Source of the DNA: Candidatus Forterrea multitransposorum CG_2015-17_Forterrea_25_41
Lineage (GTDB): Archaea > Iainarchaeota > Iainarchaeia > Iainarchaeales > CSSED10-239
DNA length: 64,000 nucleotides
Direction: 5' to 3'
NCBI GenBank assembly: GCA_009392915.1
Contig: CP045477.1
Coordinates: 320,001-384,000, forward strand
The notes below the pieces were generated by a model. That model was given only the letters and a program-made list of their open reading frames with translations, searched no databases and was not told the DNA's origin. A program made the position numbers and the translations under genes. Position 1 is the stretch's first letter. Each line of letters opens with the position of its first letter. Of the stretch, positions 50,134-59,126 are shown one piece after another.

Positions 50134-50700
50134 TCATTCTTTTTTTATTTTTTTAAAAAACTTTAAAGCTTCAGGAATAGTAGTGACTCCATCACCTTGA
50201 CAAATATGCCCTTTTTTTCCAACATTAACTTCAGTAGCATCTAAATCTTTAATTAACTTAGTAATATCTTTCTTTATAGCAAAAGGATCATCTTGTGAAT
50301 AGATAACAATAAACTTCTTTGCCTTATCTTTTATCTTCTTAAAATCTATTGGGGTTTCTGCCCATGGCTTTGCAACAGACCATCCTTCATTTTCATCTAA
50401 ATTATTTTTATTAATAGTCATCCAAGGGGCAACTAAAATTACATTACCTACTTTTCCATTATACTTTTCTAAAAACCTTAAGATGGTTTGGCAGCCAACA
50501 GAGTGTCCAACAAATATAGTGGCTCCATCTACTTTTAAGGATTGTAATTTCTCAACCCATGGCTTTATCTTAGGATTATCAGTATCTGGCATTACTGGCA
50601 AAGATACCTTATATCCTCTTTCACTTACCTTTTCTTTAAGATAAGGAAACCAATCTGATTTAGGGTTAGCTCCCCATCCATGTATAATATATACTTTCAT
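50134..50700 (-). CDS. RBBP9/YdeN-like serine hydrolase
   Basis: '[11 protein letters not shown]' and 'GHSVGCQ' nucleophile elbow; 188 aa. Confidence 0.6.
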   Translation of the reverse strand: MKVYIIHGWGANPKSDWFPYLKEKVSERGYKVSLPVMPDTDNPKIKPWVEKLQSLKVDGATIFVGHSVGCQTILRFLEKYNGKVGNVILVAPWMTINKNNLDENEGWSVAKPWAETPIDFKKIKDKAKKFIVIYSQDDPFAIKKDITKLIKDLDATEVNVGKKGHICQGDGVTTIPEALKFFKKIKKE

Positions 50701-50782
50701 TTTATCACATTAAATTTAATAAAAATACAAATATATTATTATATACACTTAAATGATTTATAAATATTTGTTTTAAAACAGA

Positions 50783-51331
50783 TTAGATCTCTTTCTTAAA
50801 ATAAAGCCTAACATTACCGTCTTTCTTACCAATTGAGATAAGCTTATAGTCATTCTTTAAAATATTCTTTTTACTATAAAGATTATCAGGATGTGCACTA
50901 ATAACTGAATATTTATAATTAATACTTTTAAGATAACCCTCTCTTAACTTTATAAGGTAATCTTGAAGCCCATGCCCTCTATATTTCTTTAAGACACCAG
51001 CTCCAGCAAACTCAGCTGTAAGGTCCATATCTTTTTTAGATATCTTACAGTATTTTTTAAAGTTTTCTTTAAATTTGTTATCTTCTTTAAAACAATACAC
51101 AAAAGAATAAGCAATAGGTTTATCTCTATAGTATGTTAAAAAAATAGCAGACTTATAATCAAAATCTTTCTTTAATAATTCATAATCATAAGGAAAGTCA
51201 AATTCTTTAGGTGTTTTTTTAAGTATTTCTAGATGTAATTTTTTAAAAATATAAACTTCACTTTTGTTTATCTTATAGGTTTTAAAAAGTTTATCTTTTA
51301 ATTTTACAGACTCAATATATTTCATAAACAA
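50783..51331 (-). CDS. GNAT-family acetyltransferase (putative)
   Basis: 'AGAGVLKKYRGHGLQDYL' resembles the acetyl-CoA binding motif A (Q/RxxGxG/A). Confidence 0.45.
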   Translation of the reverse strand: MFMKYIESVKLKDKLFKTYKINKSEVYIFKKLHLEILKKTPKEFDFPYDYELLKKDFDYKSAIFLTYYRDKPIAYSFVYCFKEDNKFKENFKKYCKISKKDMDLTAEFAGAGVLKKYRGHGLQDYLIKLREGYLKSINYKYSVISAHPDNLYSKKNILKNDYKLISIGKKDGNVRLYFKKEI

Positions 51332-51514
51332 CTCTTTGGAATATCATTAAAAAAAATATTGATAATTTTTAAATTTGAACTTAATGATTCTATTTTAATT
51401 AAATCTAATAATAGAGTATTTACATTCATAAGATAATATAAATACAAATAATTTATAAATAGTTTGTGGGGATAATTTTAAACTATATTTTTAATAAAAA
51501 AGAATAAGAAAAAT

Positions 51515-51643
51515 ATCCCTCCTCCCAGATTTGAACTGGGGATCTTCCGGTTACCGCCATTAAAAGAGATTAAAAATCTCTTTAATTTTAGTATAATCTA
51601 AAATGTCTACAGCCGGACGCACTAGGCCGCTATGCTAAGGAGG
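51515..51643 (-). tRNA. tRNA-Tyr (GUA) with ~55-nt intron after position 37
   Basis: Acceptor stem 5'-CCCUCCU/AGGAGGG-3'. Anticodon loop CUGUAG|A with an intron between G37 and A38; the intron contains the hairpin AAAGAGAUUUUUAAUCUCUUU. T arm CCCAG-UUCAAAU-CUGGG. Discriminator A; no encoded CCA. Confidence 0.7.
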
Positions 51644-51688
51644 GACTATTTACTATATATTATATTAGCAAAACATATTTAAATAAAA

Positions 51689-52141
51689 CTATTTTAAGAT
51701 AGCCTTCTTTAATTGCTTCTTTCTTGCAGGAAATAATATTTTATAATAACCAACAGCATCTTCTTCCATAATCTTATTATGTAATAAATATTTGTTTAAA
51801 GAATAGGACTTTAATACATCTAAAAGAACCTTGTCTTTTTTATATTCATCCTTTAAAATATTTTTTTCAATAACTTTTAAGAAAGATGCAGAAGATATTT
51901 CTTTTATAAAAGAAGTTACATCTTTTGTAAATAATTTTTCAATTTCTAAGTTAAAAGTATTAGTATCAACTATTTTTTCAAGAAGTCTATTTATCTGTAA
52001 GTTTGTTGTAACTTCAACAGATACTAAAAATTCTAAAACATCCATTTCCTTTACACCAGGAATTACTTTCATTTTTTTAACAGCTTTGTACTCTTGTGTA
52101 CTTGATATAAAATTAATTATTTCACTCATAATTATAGTCAC
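51689..52141 (-). CDS. Hypothetical protein
   Basis: 150-aa ORF. Its start overlaps the stop of the upstream ORF by 4 nt (ATGA). Confidence 0.3.
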   Translation of the reverse strand: MTIIMSEIINFISSTQEYKAVKKMKVIPGVKEMDVLEFLVSVEVTTNLQINRLLEKIVDTNTFNLEIEKLFTKDVTSFIKEISSASFLKVIEKNILKDEYKKDKVLLDVLKSYSLNKYLLHNKIMEEDAVGYYKILFPARKKQLKKAILK

Positions 52142-52521
52142 ATTTTATGCATTGATGGAAATATTTCTTTTTTTGAAAAATACTTTTCTAAAAGATAAAC
52201 TTTACAAGAATTATATAAAGCTTTCTTTTGATCTTTTTTATAATCTTCTAAGATTTCATTTATTTTCTTTTTAAATTTTTTTGAATTAAGTTCTTTTAAA
52301 AAATCATCTTCATTTAGAGTAAATAAATCTTGATTTTCTTTTTCTAATTTTTTAACATCTATTGCTTTTTCTAAAAGTAAAGTAACTTCTTTGTTTATTG
52401 GTCCTTGAATAGATAAATAATATTTTAAAACATCTAAATCACTGGTCTTAGATGTTAATACAATTTTTTGATCTTGTTTAAAATCTTTTAAGTTTGAAGT
52501 AAATTGAATGTAGTCTTCCAT
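52138..52521 (-). CDS. Hypothetical protein
   Basis: 127-aa ORF, translationally coupled to the downstream ORF. Confidence 0.3.
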   Translation of the reverse strand: MEDYIQFTSNLKDFKQDQKIVLTSKTSDLDVLKYYLSIQGPINKEVTLLLEKAIDVKKLEKENQDLFTLNEDDFLKELNSKKFKKKINEILEDYKKDQKKALYNSCKVYLLEKYFSKKEIFPSMHKM

Positions 52522-52603
52522 AAATCATCACATATATATAATTTGTAAATATTAATAGTAGATAAAGAATATAAACCTTTGGTAGTTTCTTTTTTGAAAG
52601 AAA

Positions 52604-53185
52604 CTATTTTCTAAAACATTTAGTACATCTTGCTTGGTAACTATCAGTTCCACCTAAAACAACAGTTTCCTTAGATTCTCCTAAACGATATGTTTTAGTT
52701 GCAGTTTCTCCACAATGATTACAAACAGCATCTAAATGTATTAAAAAATCTGAAAGTGCCATTAATGTTCCAATATGTTCTTTTTTATCTTTAAAAGGAA
52801 AAGGTTTTCCTTCAAAGGTCTGGTTTAAACCACATGTAAAAACATTTATTCCTTTTTTTGAAACTTCTAAAATTACATCTATAATATCTGATGTAAAAAA
52901 TTGCACTTCATCTATAAAGATATTAACTAAAGGTATTTCTTTACTTCTTTGAGAAGATAAATATTCTTCTACATTCTTTAAAATTTCTAAAGGAGAATTA
53001 ACAACAATTGCTTCTTCTTTAATACCATTATGGTTAACAATTGATTTTTCATCATATCTATTATCAAGTTTAGGTTTAAAGACAAAAGAATGTCTTTTTG
53101 CAACCTCTTCTCTTGACTTAAGTCTTAGAAGTTCTGTTGTTTTTCCTGAAAACATTGGTCCTGTTATTGTAGTTATTTTTCCCAT
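52604..53185 (-). CDS. tdk: Thymidine kinase
   Basis: 'MGKITTITGPMFSGKTTELLR' P-loop; C-terminal Zn ribbon 'CNHCGETA ... CTKCF'; 193 aa. Confidence 0.9.
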   Translation of the reverse strand: MGKITTITGPMFSGKTTELLRLKSREEVAKRHSFVFKPKLDNRYDEKSIVNHNGIKEEAIVVNSPLEILKNVEEYLSSQRSKEIPLVNIFIDEVQFFTSDIIDVILEVSKKGINVFTCGLNQTFEGKPFPFKDKKEHIGTLMALSDFLIHLDAVCNHCGETATKTYRLGESKETVVLGGTDSYQARCTKCFRK

Positions 53186-53206
53186 ATCTATATCACATTA
53201 ATAAAT

Positions 53207-54001
53207 TTAATAAAAACGAGATTTAACCCCTAAAAGTAAATCTGTAAAATAAAGCTCTATTTTACCATCTTTATTTCTTTTGTAAAAAATATTTGAAAAA
53301 TTTTCAAAATCACCTATTCTTTTTTGATTAAAATCTGGTTTCGTAGGAATTTTTTTATGTTCTTGAATTAATTTAATTTTATTATTAATTTCAATAAGTT
53401 CTGTTTTAGTTAATAATTTTTGATTAAAATCTTTTTGTAAATTCTTAAGACCTGTAAAATCATAGACAATAACACTTTCTCTTTTACTTAGGTTTGTAAA
53501 TGCAAAATGTGGCTTTATTGTATTTACACCAAATTTTTGAAAAACTTGATTTGCAAGAAACTCATTGTTTGCAAGATAGTCTTCTTGTGTTACTTTTAGA
53601 AAAAAAGATTTTTTTTCACCCTTATCTTTTAAAAATAAATTTAACTTTAATAATTTTAGATTGTTAAAGCTATTGTTCTCTTTAATTGGTCTTATCTCTA
53701 AACTAAACTTTTTGGTGTTATGTATTGAATGTTTTGAAGTTTGAAAAATTCCTTTTGAAATAAGCTTTACAAGTTCAGGGTATTCTTTAATTAATTTTTT
53801 ACCTAAAACACTAAGATGCATAACTTCTGATTTATTTAATTTAACTGAATAAAACTGAGTTTTAGAGTTTATCTTCAAAACTTTTAATTGTTTTTCGCCT
53901 TGGTTTACAACTCTTCTTTTAACTTTAAAATTAGGATTAATGTTACCAATAGAAACAACTGGTTTTTTATTTGAAAATAATCTTTTAAAAAATCCAACCA
54001 T
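53207..54001 (-). CDS. Hypothetical protein
   Basis: 264-aa ORF. Confidence 0.3.
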   Translation of the reverse strand: MVGFFKRLFSNKKPVVSIGNINPNFKVKRRVVNQGEKQLKVLKINSKTQFYSVKLNKSEVMHLSVLGKKLIKEYPELVKLISKGIFQTSKHSIHNTKKFSLEIRPIKENNSFNNLKLLKLNLFLKDKGEKKSFFLKVTQEDYLANNEFLANQVFQKFGVNTIKPHFAFTNLSKRESVIVYDFTGLKNLQKDFNQKLLTKTELIEINNKIKLIQEHKKIPTKPDFNQKRIGDFENFSNIFYKRNKDGKIELYFTDLLLGVKSRFY

Positions 54002-54027
54002 ATCTATCTACTTTTTATTAAAAAAAT

Positions 54028-54320
54028 ATAGTGGTTTACTATAAGCCGCTTTATGTATTTAATAGCAATTAATCTAAGCGGAGATTTAAAAAAACTCCTT
54101 GCACCAATTTTTGCTTCCTGCATGATTTCAGCCTCTTTCTTCTCCCCTCAGTTTTACACATCACAGGTTTTTAAAAGGAAAAGAACCGTCTTGTTTCTGT
54201 TCAGGCATGCAAAAGCCCCATTAAGGACTTTATTTTTTTTTTAAAATATTTGGTGAGCGGACCTTCCTCAGATATTTAGAATTACTCTAAATAAATGTGC
54301 TAAACATAAACCACTATATA
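54028..54320 (-). ncRNA. rnpB: Candidate RNase P RNA
   Basis: GC-enriched ~293-nt island in an AT-rich intergenic region. Terminal helix: 54028-54038 'atagtggttta' pairs with 54307-54317 'taaaccactat' (P1). On the minus strand, a P3-like hairpin AUUUAGA-GUAAU-UCUAAAU is followed by 'GAGGAAGGUCCGCUC' (CR-I-like; E. coli GAGGAAAGUCCGGGCUC). 'ACAUAAAGCGGCUUAUAG' (CR-V-like ACAGAAnnCGGCUUA) sits just before the 3' P1 strand. The two strands can form P4 with a bulged U. Confidence 0.55.
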
Positions 54321-54348
54321 TAATATAAAGAAAAAATAGTTTATAAAG

Positions 54349-55050
54349 CTATTTATAAGCTTTATAAATTTCATTAAAAATAATAAATGTTACAAATATA
54401 TAAATATAGATAAATATTATTGTAAAAATACCTATTAAATAATAACTAATACTAGGAAATAGTAAAGTTAATATTGAAAGAACTAGTATATATCCTATTA
54501 GAAGAATAATTAAATATCCTAAAAGATAGAAAAAAGAAACTAACATATTTTTTGTAAAAACTATTTTAAAATGTTTTTTAAAATTAAAAAAATCTTCAAA
54601 TCTACCTGATTTAATATAAGACATATAACCTATGTTTTTTACAAATTCTAAAACTAAATAACAAAAAATAACTATAATTAACAATAGAATAACTATTAAT
54701 AGACCTGAATTAAATGAAAAAACATTTTCAACATCTATACTTGATTTAAGTAAAAATACTGGTATTAACAATATTATTGATATAATACCTTGAAATATTA
54801 AATATAAAAAAGATGCTATAAAATAAACTACAGATAGTTCAAATATTTTTAAAATTGTTTTAGAATTATAATTTTTAAGACTTGATAAAATATTTGCACC
54901 AACAAGTCCTATTGATAAAAAAACAGTTAAAATAATTGAAATTAAAGAAGCTGTACTTCCTAAAATAGTAATTAAGCTTAATATTAATATTATAAGTAAA
55001 AACTTAAAATTAATAAAAGGTATTTTTAAAGAGTTTTTAAATTCCATCAT
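54349..55050 (-). CDS. Polytopic membrane protein
   Basis: 233 aa, 6-7 TM. Confidence 0.4.
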   Translation of the reverse strand: MMEFKNSLKIPFINFKFLLIILILSLITILGSTASLISIILTVFLSIGLVGANILSSLKNYNSKTILKIFELSVVYFIASFLYLIFQGIISIILLIPVFLLKSSIDVENVFSFNSGLLIVILLLIIVIFCYLVLEFVKNIGYMSYIKSGRFEDFFNFKKHFKIVFTKNMLVSFFYLLGYLIILLIGYILVLSILTLLFPSISYYLIGIFTIIFIYIYIFVTFIIFNEIYKAYK

Positions 55051-55150
55051 AATTAATCAATTAAACATATTTATTTTATATCATATAATTATAGATAGAA
55101 AAGTATAAATAGATATTTAAAATTAGAAAATTAAGTTAAAAGAAGAAAAA

Positions 55151-56092
55151 CTATCTTCTTTTCTTAATAAGAGAAGATCTTGGTTTTTTATCTTCTTTTT
55201 TCAAAACAGTAGTTTTTGGCTTAGGTGTTATATAACGTGCATATTTTAAAAATAAACTATGATTACTTGATTTACTTGGATCAACAACACTTAAAATTCC
55301 AATTTTGTTTTTCTTATTTATGAAGATAATATCAAAATTAAAGTATTTTTTACCTTTTTCATAACCAATACCAACACCAGGCATAAATAAAGATTTATCT
55401 CCCTTAATATTATAAGTTCCTCTAACTTGCCAGTACATATCTTTTAACTTAGTATCTCTAGCACTGAAAAAACCAAGAGCAGCTGTAAATGATTTTTTTT
55501 TGTCAGCAGCAAAATTAACCTCACCTATTCCAGAATAATTAGTTAATTTACCATTATTAAAATTTAAACTTACTGCACCTAATACTTTTTTACTAATTAA
55601 AGCAGCTTGTGCTCTAGAACCTTTTGATGCTTCAACAATATTAAATCCTTCAAGTTTATAATTATTTAATTTTTTATCAAAACCAATTTTTAAATTTATT
55701 TCTTTACCAAAAATTTTTGAAAGATTTGCAGCAAGGTTTACTTGTTCAAATAATTTATCAGTAGTAGGTTTTTTATCAAATAATAATGTATTTGTACCTA
55801 CAGTTAAACCTAAATTATATTTCCCTTCCATAAATTTATTTTTAAAATCAGCACCATATCTGGCTTCAAATGATTGAAATAAAAAATCTTTTTGAGTTAT
55901 GGTTGTACTTAATAAAGCAACACCATTTTTTTCCATAGAAGGTGTTAAACCAGCATAATTAGACAATTGCTGTGCTTTCACAGCAGGTAAAGTTAATGAA
56001 CCTATAACAATAGGTAACCCTGCAACTAATATCTTTGAATCTTTTAAAACTGCAGAAACAAAATCTTTAAAATCATTAAATTTATAAGTCAT
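55151..56092 (-). CDS. Secreted beta-rich protein (signal peptide)
   Basis: Hydrophobic N-terminal segment 'ILVAGLPIVIGSLTLPAVKAQQ'. Alternating polar/hydrophobic pattern, e.g. 'GVGIGYEKGKKYFNFDIIF'. Basic C-terminus. Confidence 0.4.
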   Translation of the reverse strand: MTYKFNDFKDFVSAVLKDSKILVAGLPIVIGSLTLPAVKAQQLSNYAGLTPSMEKNGVALLSTTITQKDFLFQSFEARYGADFKNKFMEGKYNLGLTVGTNTLLFDKKPTTDKLFEQVNLAANLSKIFGKEINLKIGFDKKLNNYKLEGFNIVEASKGSRAQAALISKKVLGAVSLNFNNGKLTNYSGIGEVNFAADKKKSFTAALGFFSARDTKLKDMYWQVRGTYNIKGDKSLFMPGVGIGYEKGKKYFNFDIIFINKKNKIGILSVVDPSKSSNHSLFLKYARYITPKPKTTVLKKEDKKPRSSLIKKRR

Positions 56093-56200
56093 AATTAATT
56101 TTCCTTTTTTATAAATATTTTAAACAACAATTAATTTATAAAGATATTCTTTTACTTATTAATTATAATAGATTAAAAGAAATTAAAAAGAAGAACAAAA

Positions 56201-56776
56201 ATGATAAAGAAGTATGATAATTTAGCTTTATTAATACACCCAATGTATTCAATAGTTACTGACATATATAGAAATACAACAGGTATGGGTAAAATCACTT
56301 TTAAAGAAATGGAAAGTGAATATGTAAAGAGATTAAATGTCTATAAAGAAAGTATTTCTTCTTTTAAAAACACAAATACTCTTTTTGTACTTGTTGAACC
56401 TACAAAAGATTTAATGAATTTTAAATTAGAATTTTTCTATAAGCATATGATGGAAGATTTATATGTTTTTGCAAAAAAAGAACTTGGTCTTTCTTTTAGA
56501 AAAATAACAGATCTTAATTATCTTTCAGATATTAAAAAAATAACACCTACTCTTAAAAAAAATATTGGAGTTTTTTCTTTTGGAGAGCATAGAGAAGTTT
56601 GTGTTAAAACATTTAATGAATATACAATTAATTTTTTAAAAGAAAATAATTTTAAACCTATTTCTAAAGGAATACAAATAAAATTTTCATTTGATATTGA
56701 AAATAAAAGATTAAGACAAGTTCAAAAAGAAAAGCCTAAACCAAAGCCAAAAAAAATAATAAAAAAAAGAAGATAA
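56201..56776 (+). CDS. Hypothetical protein
   Basis: 191-aa ORF with K-rich C-terminus. Confidence 0.3.
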   Translation: MIKKYDNLALLIHPMYSIVTDIYRNTTGMGKITFKEMESEYVKRLNVYKESISSFKNTNTLFVLVEPTKDLMNFKLEFFYKHMMEDLYVFAKKELGLSFRKITDLNYLSDIKKITPTLKKNIGVFSFGEHREVCVKTFNEYTINFLKENNFKPISKGIQIKFSFDIENKRLRQVQKEKPKPKPKKIIKKRR

Positions 56777-56781
56777 GAAAT

Positions 56782-56937
56782 TTAAGCCATTAATATTTCT
56801 GTATGACCAAAACATCCACAAGAGTCAGAACCGCAATCTCCTGCTTGTAAAATATCTGTATGTGTGAAACATCCACAAGAGTCTGAACCGCAATCTCCTG
56901 CTTGTAAAGTATTTAAATTAAAATTTTCTGTATTCAT
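56782..56937 (-). CDS. 51-aa Cys-rich peptide with internally duplicated 19-aa motif
   Basis: Not in the ORF track. Minus-strand translation: MNTENFNLNT-LQAGDCGSDSCGCFTHTDI-LQAGDCGSDSCGCFGHTEI-LMA*. GAGGT SD lies 8 nt upstream. A 57-bp tandem DNA duplication underlies it. Confidence 0.4.
   Translation of the reverse strand: MNTENFNLNTLQAGDCGSDSCGCFTHTDILQAGDCGSDSCGCFGHTEILMA
56812..56925. repeat. 57-bp tandem duplication (2 copies)
   Basis: 'aacatccacaagagtc[a/t]gaaccgcaatctcctgcttgtaaa' recurs with period 57. It encodes the duplicated peptide motif of the 51-aa Cys-rich ORF. Confidence 0.7.
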
Positions 56938-56997
56938 ATTTTATAACCTCTTTATATATTTTAATTATTAAAAAAAATAGTTTTTAAAAATAATATT

Positions 56998-57025
56998 CGC
57001 CTGCAAGCTTGGCGGAAAGCTTAAG
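56998..57025 (-). repeat. 28-nt conserved tRNA 3'-trailer element (copy A, after tRNA-Ala)
   Basis: Minus-strand sequence CUUAAGCUUUCCGCCAAGCUUGCAGGCG immediately after the discriminator. 27/28 identical to the sequence after tRNA-Gly. Contains a self-complementary AAGCUU...AAGCUU hairpin; a U-rich tract follows. Confidence 0.7.
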
Positions 57026-57098
57026 TGGACTCTGCGAGATTCGAACTCGCGGCCTCGTCCTTGCAAGGGACGCGCTCTACCAGCTGAGCTAAGAGCCC
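57026..57098 (-). tRNA. tRNA-Ala (UGC)
   Basis: GGGCUCU acceptor with the G3:U70 identity pair; anticodon loop CUUGCAA; T loop UUCGAAU; discriminator A; no CCA. Confidence 0.85.
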
Positions 57099-57360
57099 TA
57101 ATAACTATTGAACCAATATATTATATATATTATAGAACAAAAATATTTATAAACACATCAGATTTATTTTTAATCAAAATTATAAAAATAAAATTATGGA
57201 CTGATAAATATACTTTTAAAAAAATATTATTAAATAAAAAAAGAAAAATTTCTTATAATTAAAGAAATTTTGATGTGTGGAAGAAAAACAAACACTTCAG
57301 GTTAGGTAAGTTTTTAAAACTTTTAAAATAACAACTAACATTTAGTCATTATATAAAATA

Positions 57361-58856
57361 GGAGGTGATCCGTCCGCAGGTTCCCCTACGGACACCTTGT
57401 TACAACTTAGTCTACCTCGCGAAATATAGAATAACTTTATCCTTTAGTAGAGTAAAGTTCATCAACACTCCACTCGGTTGGCTTGATGGGCGGTGTGTGC
57501 AAGGCGCAGGGACATATTCACCGCGTGATAGTGACACGCGATTACTGGGGATTCCAGCTTCATGAGGGTGAGTTGCAACCCTCAATCCGGACTTAGACTA
57601 AGTTTTTGAGATTGCCACCCCTTTTCAGGTTAGATACTCTTTGTCTTAGCCATTGTATGCCGCGTGTTGCCCAGAACATTCACGCTATACAGACCTACCT
57701 TCGCCCACTCCTTCCTCATTGTTACCAATGCAGTCCTATTAGAGTGCCTTCTTTTGCAAGCAAAAAAAGTAGCAACTAATAGCATGGGTCTCGCCCGTTA
57801 CCTGAGTTAACAGGAAGCTTCACAGTACGAGCTGACGATGGCCATACAGCAGTTCTCAGCGCATCAGGTAACCCCTTCAGAGTGACCATCATATTGCTGT
57901 CAGCCCTGGTAAAATATCTGGCGTTTCATCCAATTAAACCGCAGCATCCACCCCTTGTAGTGCACCCCCGCCAATTCCATTAAGTTTCAGTCTTGCGACC
58001 ATACTTCCCAGGCGGTGAATTTAATGGTTTCCCTTCGGCCCTGAGCTAACTCGTAGTTAACCCAACACCTAATTCACATCGTTTACGGCTGGGACTAACC
58101 GGGTATCTAATCCGGGTTGCGCCCCCAGCTTTCGTATCTCACTGTCGAATCCGTACTCGTTAAGCGCCTTCGCCACAGGTGGTCTTTTTAGTATCTTAAG
58201 ATTCTACTCCTACTCTAAAAATACCCTTAACGTCTTCCGGTTCCTAGTCATGCCAGTATCTTTTGCAATTCAACTAGTTAGGCTAGCTGCTTTCACAAAA
58301 GACTTAACAAACCAGCTACACACGCTTTAAGCCAAATAATGCTGGATACCACTTGGGGATTACGTATTACCGCGGCGGCTGGCACGCATATTGCCCTCCC
58401 CTTATTCACATAGTTATTCACACTATATAAAAGCTTACATAGTAAGCACTTGGAATCTCTTTATCACGATTTCTCGCATTGTAAAAGTTTCGTAACTGCT
58501 GCACCCCGTAGGGCTAGGGACATTATCTCAGTTCCCTTCTCCGGGCTACCTCTCTCAAGGCCCGTACAGATCTTCGGCTTGGTAGGCAGTTACCCTACCA
58601 ACAACCTAATCTGGCGCAGTCCCATCCTTTCGCGCCAAAGAAGCATGATTCTTTGACCTTTAAAATAGTAATCATTCCAGATTTACTTTTTTATAGAGCA
58701 TTATACTCAGTTTCCCGAGTTTAACTCTTCAAAAGGGTAGGTTGACCACGTGTTACTGAGCCGTTCGCCAAAACCTCTCATAGCTGAGGCTTTAAGACTT
58801 GCATGTCTTAGTCAGATTCCAATAGCAGTATCCACCAGCAGGATCAGCTGGAATTG
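57361..58856 (-). rRNA. 16S rRNA (archaeal type)
   Basis: Plus strand shows the RC of the 16S 3' end ('aggaggtgatccgtccgcaggttcccctacggacaccttgttacaactt') at 57361. It carries the RC of GTGCCAGCCGCCGCGGTAATAC at ~58366-58387. The 5' end is ATTCCAGCTGATCCTGCTGG (RC at ~58837-58856). Length ~1.49 kb. Confidence 0.9.
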
Positions 58857-59126
58857 GATAATAAATTTGCACACTTTTCTAACACAGAGTGTTTTTGCTA
58901 AAAATGTTTTCGTCTTATCTTCCACATCAGACTCAAAATAACTTGAGACCTCATAGTTTCCTAATAAATTAGGATCAAATGAGTTACTTTGCTAAATAGT
59001 TTAGCGCAGTAAAATAATACTAGTAGAGGTAAGTTTTTAAAGCTATTGTTTTTTACTTAGTAAAATTAGATTTTTTGAATAACTTATATAAATACTTTTC
59101 GCTTTAATCTGTAAAAAAAGTATTTT

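Noticed and set aside
54181-54200. 'ACAGAAACAAGACGGUUCUU' on the minus strand, first taken as RNase P CR-V
   Set aside because: It sits in the middle of the RNA. A much better CR-V match (ACAUAAAGCGGCUUAUAG) lies at the 3' end, directly before the P1 3' strand, consistent with canonical RNase P topology. The internal match is treated as a decoy.
54053-54244. 63-aa plus-strand ORF
   Set aside because: Falls inside the GC-rich structured RNA (candidate RNase P RNA). No RBS, and the amino-acid composition reflects the RNA's GC content.
57365-58941. ORF-track entries 57365..57565(+), 58450..58656(+) and 58750..58941(+)
   Set aside because: They lie wholly inside the 16S rRNA gene on the opposite strand, so these are spurious ORFs within rRNA.
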